From a virus (lineage: Duplodnaviria; Caudoviricetes), in the IMG/VR virus record IMGVR_UViG_3300030376_006729, positions 1-29,764 of that record: DNA of 29,764 nucleotides, one strand, 5' to 3'. Below are positions 25,992-29,764 of this stretch, piece after piece. The first letter of the stretch is position 1, and each line of letters begins with the position of its first letter. The position numbers and the translations under genes were made by a program. The notes below the pieces were generated by a model that was not told the DNA's origin, searched no databases, and was given only the letters and a program-made list of their open reading frames with translations.

Positions 25992-26307
25992 CTATAACTA
26001 GAGTAGTTATCATGGTTAATAGGTAAAATCATATGAACTCCATGAGATTACTCTTGTTATAGTCTTATTGTTCTCTCTCTATAGGATAAGAGACATAGTA
26101 ACCGCAGCATTGAAAATATAGGAATGATCAACCTTAACTGATCCGTAATAGTAATTAGTAACTACTATTTAGTTTAAATTTTTTCTGAAAGGGATCCGAA
26201 TGGGTCCTTTTCTCTTCTAACAGAGTAAACTGTTTAAATCTTAGCTATAATAACTAAAAACGGTAGAACCGTATAAGGTTTAAAGCCCTTGTTATTATAG
26301 CTTTTTT
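25992..26307 (+). ncRNA. Candidate structured non-coding RNA(s)
   Basis: No ORF of 60 aa or more. Consecutive stems at 25992-26062, 26147-26169, 26187-26212 and 26243-26302, several with G-U pairs valid on the + strand, ending in a U run. Confidence 0.4.
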
Positions 26308-26345
26308 GTTTAACTAATAGGTAGTGTCTCACCACTAACAGTATT

Positions 26346-26546
26346 ATGAAAAATTTATTATCACAAGGTATTGGTTTAATAAGAAAGACCGTTGCCTTAT
26401 TATTTATACTTGCAATAATATTTGCAGGTGGTTACGCAATAGTATATGCAATATGTAAGTCTTATTTATATCTTGGCTTATTCTTATGTGGTTGTGCTGC
26501 TTTTTTAGCTGGTGTTTATATGCTAAATAGCGTTAAAATCAAATAA
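26346..26546 (+). CDS. Small two-TM membrane protein
   Basis: 66 aa, almost entirely hydrophobic, with basic ends. Confidence 0.6.
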   Translation: MKNLLSQGIGLIRKTVALLFILAIIFAGGYAIVYAICKSYLYLGLFLCGCAAFLAGVYMLNSVKIK

Positions 26547-26691
26547 AAGGCTCATACTTGGCCTATATAACAATACAAGTATAAAGTTTTAGTAGTTGTA
26601 AGACTATTAAGTTTGAGTGGTGATTATGGAAGGGCACTATAGCTACTGTCCTTCCGTAGTCTAATATCAATCATAAAAATATAAAAGTATT

Positions 26692-27159
26692 ATGAAAAAG
26701 TTAACTTTAGATGACAAGGGAGTCATCAAATTATTATCAGATCTCACTGAACATGCAGGTAAGCGGGGTATAATGTTTCAAATGTTATTACACATGCTCA
26801 GTGATGATCAGATAAATATGCTATTTAATTATTTACATAAAGATAATGATTATCAATGTATCTTATTTAAAATAAATGATAAGGTTGTATTTAAACCAGG
26901 TAAATATGAATTTAGTAATATGAATATAGATGCAATGCAAGATCAATCTATTATACTTGATGGATATATGTCTGGTAAGATTATGAGTTCACCTGATTAT
27001 GGTAATGAATTTAATCCTACTTACTATAGAATGACACTTGAAGTACCTGTTCTTGATGATGATAATAATATTGTTATGAAGACACATGATGTAGATACTC
27101 TTAATCTTAAATTTATGAGTGAGAATCAAAAAAGATATTTTAAACATATATGGGAGTAA
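26692..27159 (+). CDS. Hypothetical protein
   Basis: 155-aa ORF with A-rich leader; overlaps the next start. Confidence 0.65.
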   Translation: MKKLTLDDKGVIKLLSDLTEHAGKRGIMFQMLLHMLSDDQINMLFNYLHKDNDYQCILFKINDKVVFKPGKYEFSNMNIDAMQDQSIILDGYMSGKIMSSPDYGNEFNPTYYRMTLEVPVLDDDNNIVMKTHDVDTLNLKFMSENQKRYFKHIWE

Positions 27160-27398
27160 AAAGATTTGGTATAGTTTCTTATGAAGTTATAACTGATCCT
27201 TTACTTTCAACTAATGCTAAAGCAGTTTATGCTGTATTAGCAGTACATTGCAACAAGAATAAAACTTGTTTTCCTTCTAATAGTACCATAGCTGACCTGT
27301 TAAATGTTAGCTATAGTACTATCAAGAGGGCCATACGTGAGCTAAAGCTTGCAAAATATATAGAAAGAAGAGGAAAATATATAAAACTTGTAGAATAG
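27150..27398 (+). CDS. Winged HTH protein of the phage replication-initiator N-terminal type (HTH_36-like)
   Basis: LSTNAKAVYAVL...CFPSNSTIADLLNVSYSTIKRAIRELKLAKYIER. Confidence 0.8.
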   Translation: MGVKRFGIVSYEVITDPLLSTNAKAVYAVLAVHCNKNKTCFPSNSTIADLLNVSYSTIKRAIRELKLAKYIERRGKYIKLVE

Positions 27399-27467
27399 AT
27401 AGCTATACTACTAATATTTATTTTAATCTAGCAGTTTAGATTGTGTAAAAAAGGTTAATATTTTTGA

Positions 27468-27475
27468 TACATTTG
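27468..27475 (+). promoter_or_regulatory. Bacteroidota sigma70-type -7 element TACATTTG
   Basis: Matches TAnnTTTG; a TTG at 27441-27443 is a possible, slightly distant, -33 element. Confidence 0.5.
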
Positions 27476-27479
27476 TGTC

Positions 27480-27752
27480 ATGATATACCAATTACCAAAC
27501 GGAAGAATTATACATATGACACTAGAACAGTATCTTGATCTTACTGATGAAGAACTACATGAACTAGCATCATTAGGTGATAATTTTACCACTGAGGTAA
27601 GTGATCCTTTCTTTCAATCTGTGCTAAAAAGCAATTCTAAATCTAAAGCAGATAAAATTGTACATAAAACTAATGAGTCTGAACCAGATCTTGACGAAGT
27701 TACTGATGCAGACAAATTAAATGATGAATATTTTCATCGTGATGACACTTAA
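27480..27752 (+). CDS. Acidic hypothetical protein
   Basis: 90 aa, MIYQLPNGRIIHMTLEQYLDLTDEE, with an acidic tail. Confidence 0.7.
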   Translation: MIYQLPNGRIIHMTLEQYLDLTDEELHELASLGDNFTTEVSDPFFQSVLKSNSKSKADKIVHKTNESEPDLDEVTDADKLNDEYFHRDDT

Positions 27753-27786
27753 TTAATTATTTATAAACAACTTAAAATTTATTGAC

Positions 27787-28359
27787 ATGACTAAGAATAA
27801 AGTTAACATCATGCCGGATGAGCATGGTAACAAAATCCGTGTATCTTCTAATAACCCAGAATTTGGTTACATTAGACTTCAACAAGAATCAACATCTATT
27901 GGAACTAACAACTGGCTTAAAACTCAAAATAGAAGTACACTAGTACATGGTAAGGTAGAAGAGCTTGAACAAAGTTTTTCTAATATAGATCATTTACCAG
28001 GACAATTAATTATTAAAGAGCAAATTACTGCATTTAATAGTAATGATTCTGATAGAGATCTTAAAATGGCAGGTCAAACTGGCATTATATGTAAAGCAGT
28101 TGATATGGAAACTGGTGAATTAGTACCTATTTATAGAAAAACATTCTTTGATCCTACTATGCAAATGACTGATATTTTAGTACCTCACGTTAATTCTGAT
28201 GAAATTAAAGAAGCTAATGGCTTTGAGGCAAAGGAAACAGTTTCTGAAACTAAATCAACTAGAAGAAACAAGAAAGAAGATGCTCCTGTAGAGGAGTCTG
28301 TTGAAGAGCTTCAAGAAGTGGAACTTGAAGAAGCAAATGATGACTCATTTGAATTATAA
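27787..28359 (+). CDS. SSB-like protein, paralogue B
   Basis: Beta-rich core plus long acidic tail ending DDSFEL, reminiscent of SSB C-terminal tips; followed by a terminator. Confidence 0.55.
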   Translation: MTKNKVNIMPDEHGNKIRVSSNNPEFGYIRLQQESTSIGTNNWLKTQNRSTLVHGKVEELEQSFSNIDHLPGQLIIKEQITAFNSNDSDRDLKMAGQTGIICKAVDMETGELVPIYRKTFFDPTMQMTDILVPHVNSDEIKEANGFEAKETVSETKSTRRNKKEDAPVEESVEELQEVELEEANDDSFEL

Positions 28360-28386
28360 ATCCACACATAATACTTGTTTTTAGAT

Positions 28387-28413
28387 AGAGGGCCTTCGGG
28401 CCCTTTTTCTTTT
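28387..28413 (+). terminator. Intrinsic terminator with UUCG loop
   Basis: AGGGCC-TTCG-GGCCCT followed by TTTTCTTTT. Confidence 0.85.
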
Positions 28414-28456
28414 AACTCTACTCTAACTTAATATTAACTTAATAAAACTTACAACT

Positions 28457-28933
28457 ATGTTTACTGATAAACAACTTAAAACCTTAAAGGTTTCTAAACT
28501 TAAAACTAAACTTCATAAATTAGGTATATATAATGAATATATGCAATATGAAAGATTAATTGATTATTCTAAACTTAATCCACAACAACATTATTTATTT
28601 AAAAGAGTTTTACATGGATTAAAAATGTATACTAAAGATGAAATAGATAAAATGCATTGGGATAAAAAAAGAAGAATAATTAAAGTATGGAAAAGATCTC
28701 AAGATGTTATAAATAAATGGAAACAATTTATTGCACATCAAGATACAAAGAAAATATTTAGTATATTTGCAGGTAGTAAATTAGGTAAAGAATTATATGA
28801 ATTTCCTTTTGAATATATGCCTGATTATAGAAATAAATTAACTCTTAAAGAATGTGGTATTCAATATGAACATTTAATAGTTAAATTTATTGCTGAAGGT
28901 TTATTACCAAAAAACTATTTAGATATAAAATGA
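28457..28933 (+). CDS. Hypothetical basic protein
   Basis: 158-aa ORF; ATGA overlap with the next gene. Confidence 0.65.
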   Translation: MFTDKQLKTLKVSKLKTKLHKLGIYNEYMQYERLIDYSKLNPQQHYLFKRVLHGLKMYTKDEIDKMHWDKKRRIIKVWKRSQDVINKWKQFIAHQDTKKIFSIFAGSKLGKELYEFPFEYMPDYRNKLTLKECGIQYEHLIVKFIAEGLLPKNYLDIK

Positions 28934-29193
28934 GACAAAAATCAAAAAAGATGCAGCGTATTGATACAAAGTATAGTCAATTAAGAAGGGTATTTCTTAC
29001 TGATTATCCTATGTGTCAAGCTGCTCTTCCTCAATGTACACAAAGATCTACAGATGTACATCATAAAAAAGGAAGAGGTATACATCACAATGATGTAAGT
29101 ACCTGGTTATCAGTATGTAGAAACTGTCACAACTGGATTGAAGCTAATCCCGTTGATGCAGAAGAATTAGGATTTTCAATTAAAAGAATATGA
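28930..29193 (+). CDS. Small HNH-type nuclease
   Basis: CQ....C.....DVHHKKGRG...LSVCRNCHNWIE. Confidence 0.75.
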   Translation: MRQKSKKMQRIDTKYSQLRRVFLTDYPMCQAALPQCTQRSTDVHHKKGRGIHHNDVSTWLSVCRNCHNWIEANPVDAEELGFSIKRI

Positions 29194-29507
29194 TTAAATT
29201 ATTAAAATTTTTAACACAAATATTAGAAAAGGAACAATTATATGAGCTTGCTATGTTTGTTTCTGATCATCCAGATATAATAGATCAGGAAACTTTATTA
29301 CATATAGTAAATGAAGTAAATGGTTTTGAAAATAAACCAGAGTATAAAGAAATAGAAGAGCATTTTAAAAAAATAGATGATTCTATAGATGGTACATTAA
29401 ATATAGAAAGCAGTATGAATTATGATGATTTTATAGAACAGAGAAAAAAAGGTCAACAAGAAATGATTAATAAATTACTAAGAGATAATAATATAAGTTT
29501 AAATTAA
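29190..29507 (+). CDS. Hypothetical protein
   Basis: 105-aa ORF with ATGA coupling. Confidence 0.6.
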   Translation: MIKLLKFLTQILEKEQLYELAMFVSDHPDIIDQETLLHIVNEVNGFENKPEYKEIEEHFKKIDDSIDGTLNIESSMNYDDFIEQRKKGQQEMINKLLRDNNISLN

Positions 29508-29508
29508 T

Positions 29509-29679
29509 ATGGAATACTCAAACCCAAAACTAGCAATTGAAGTTTTATTTGATTTAGAAGAAAGAATTTATAAATCATATAAAAGTATTAGAGATAAAGA
29601 AAAATTTGATCTTAAGAAAGATAAAAAATATAAAAAAAATGGAAGTAAAAGAAATATCAAGAAAAGAAGTACAACTTAA
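29509..29679 (+). CDS. 56-aa hypothetical protein (below ORF-track cutoff)
   Basis: MEYSNPKLAIEVLFDLEERIYKSYKSIRDKEKFDLKKDKKYKKNGSKRNIKKRSTT; ATG 1 nt after the upstream stop. Confidence 0.5.
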   Translation: MEYSNPKLAIEVLFDLEERIYKSYKSIRDKEKFDLKKDKKYKKNGSKRNIKKRSTT

Positions 29680-29764
29680 GGCTTTATCTAAAGCACTTGA
29701 ATATGAAAGAGGCACACTAGCAATATCAATGGGTGTTGGTAAAACTAGAATTGCACTATATCAT
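29639..29764 (+). CDS. Superfamily 2 helicase, N-terminal fragment (truncated by the window end)
   Basis: MEVKEISRKEVQLKALSKALEYERGTLAISMGVGKTRIALYH: Q-motif plus Walker A GVGKT. Confidence 0.7.
   Translation, partial: MEVKEISRKEVQLKALSKALEYERGTLAISMGVGKTRIALYH

Noticed and set aside
25779-26690. CRISPR mini-array, canonical tRNA or hammerhead ribozyme in the non-coding island
   Set aside because: There are no regularly spaced direct repeats, no complete cloverleaf with an anticodon arm, and no CUGAnGA/GAAA core in the right arrangement.
28930-29193. HNH gene as a mobile homing endonuclease
   Set aside because: It is very short, lacks an extra DNA-binding domain and is coupled to both neighbours, so it looks like a resident gene.
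1-29764. Stop-codon reassignment (TAG=Gln or TGA=Trp) as in some crAss-like phages
   Set aside because: All large genes are intact under the standard code and tile the sequence. The TAG/TGA stops checked lie at natural gene ends (e.g. TAG-TAA at 19542-19537).

Overview
AT-rich fragment of a large lytic dsDNA phage with crAss-like (Crassvirales-type) organisation. The host is most likely an aquatic Bacteroidota member: there are TAnnTTTG promoter elements and A-rich starts without Shine-Dalgarno sequences. Positions 1-25127 form one minus-strand late block. Read from its top, it encodes an SNase-type nuclease, five tiny basic proteins, a 2-TM protein, PhoH, an L,D-transpeptidase-fold lysin candidate, wHTH/HU/Zn-finger proteins, a PD-(D/E)XK nuclease, GroES, TerL, portal, scaffold-like protein, three paralogous decoration-like proteins, major capsid, ring/auxiliary capsid proteins and Cys-rich multidomain tail proteins. 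From 25326 a plus-strand early/replication block encodes two SSB-like paralogues, an HTH protein, an HNH nuclease and the start of an SF2 helicase. The standard genetic code fits; no CRISPR array or canonical tRNA was seen. The most unusual signals are (i) a ~900-nt mostly non-coding stretch (25779-26690) packed with hairpins whose mismatches are largely G-U wobbles on the + strand, suggesting structured RNA, (ii) a cassette of micro-proteins sharing a Y-x-K-G-G motif, (iii) a repeated late-promoter motif with associated leader and upstream elements, and (iv) triplicated decoration genes and duplicated SSB-like genes. All family assignments come from motif recognition and synteny; no database search was run.
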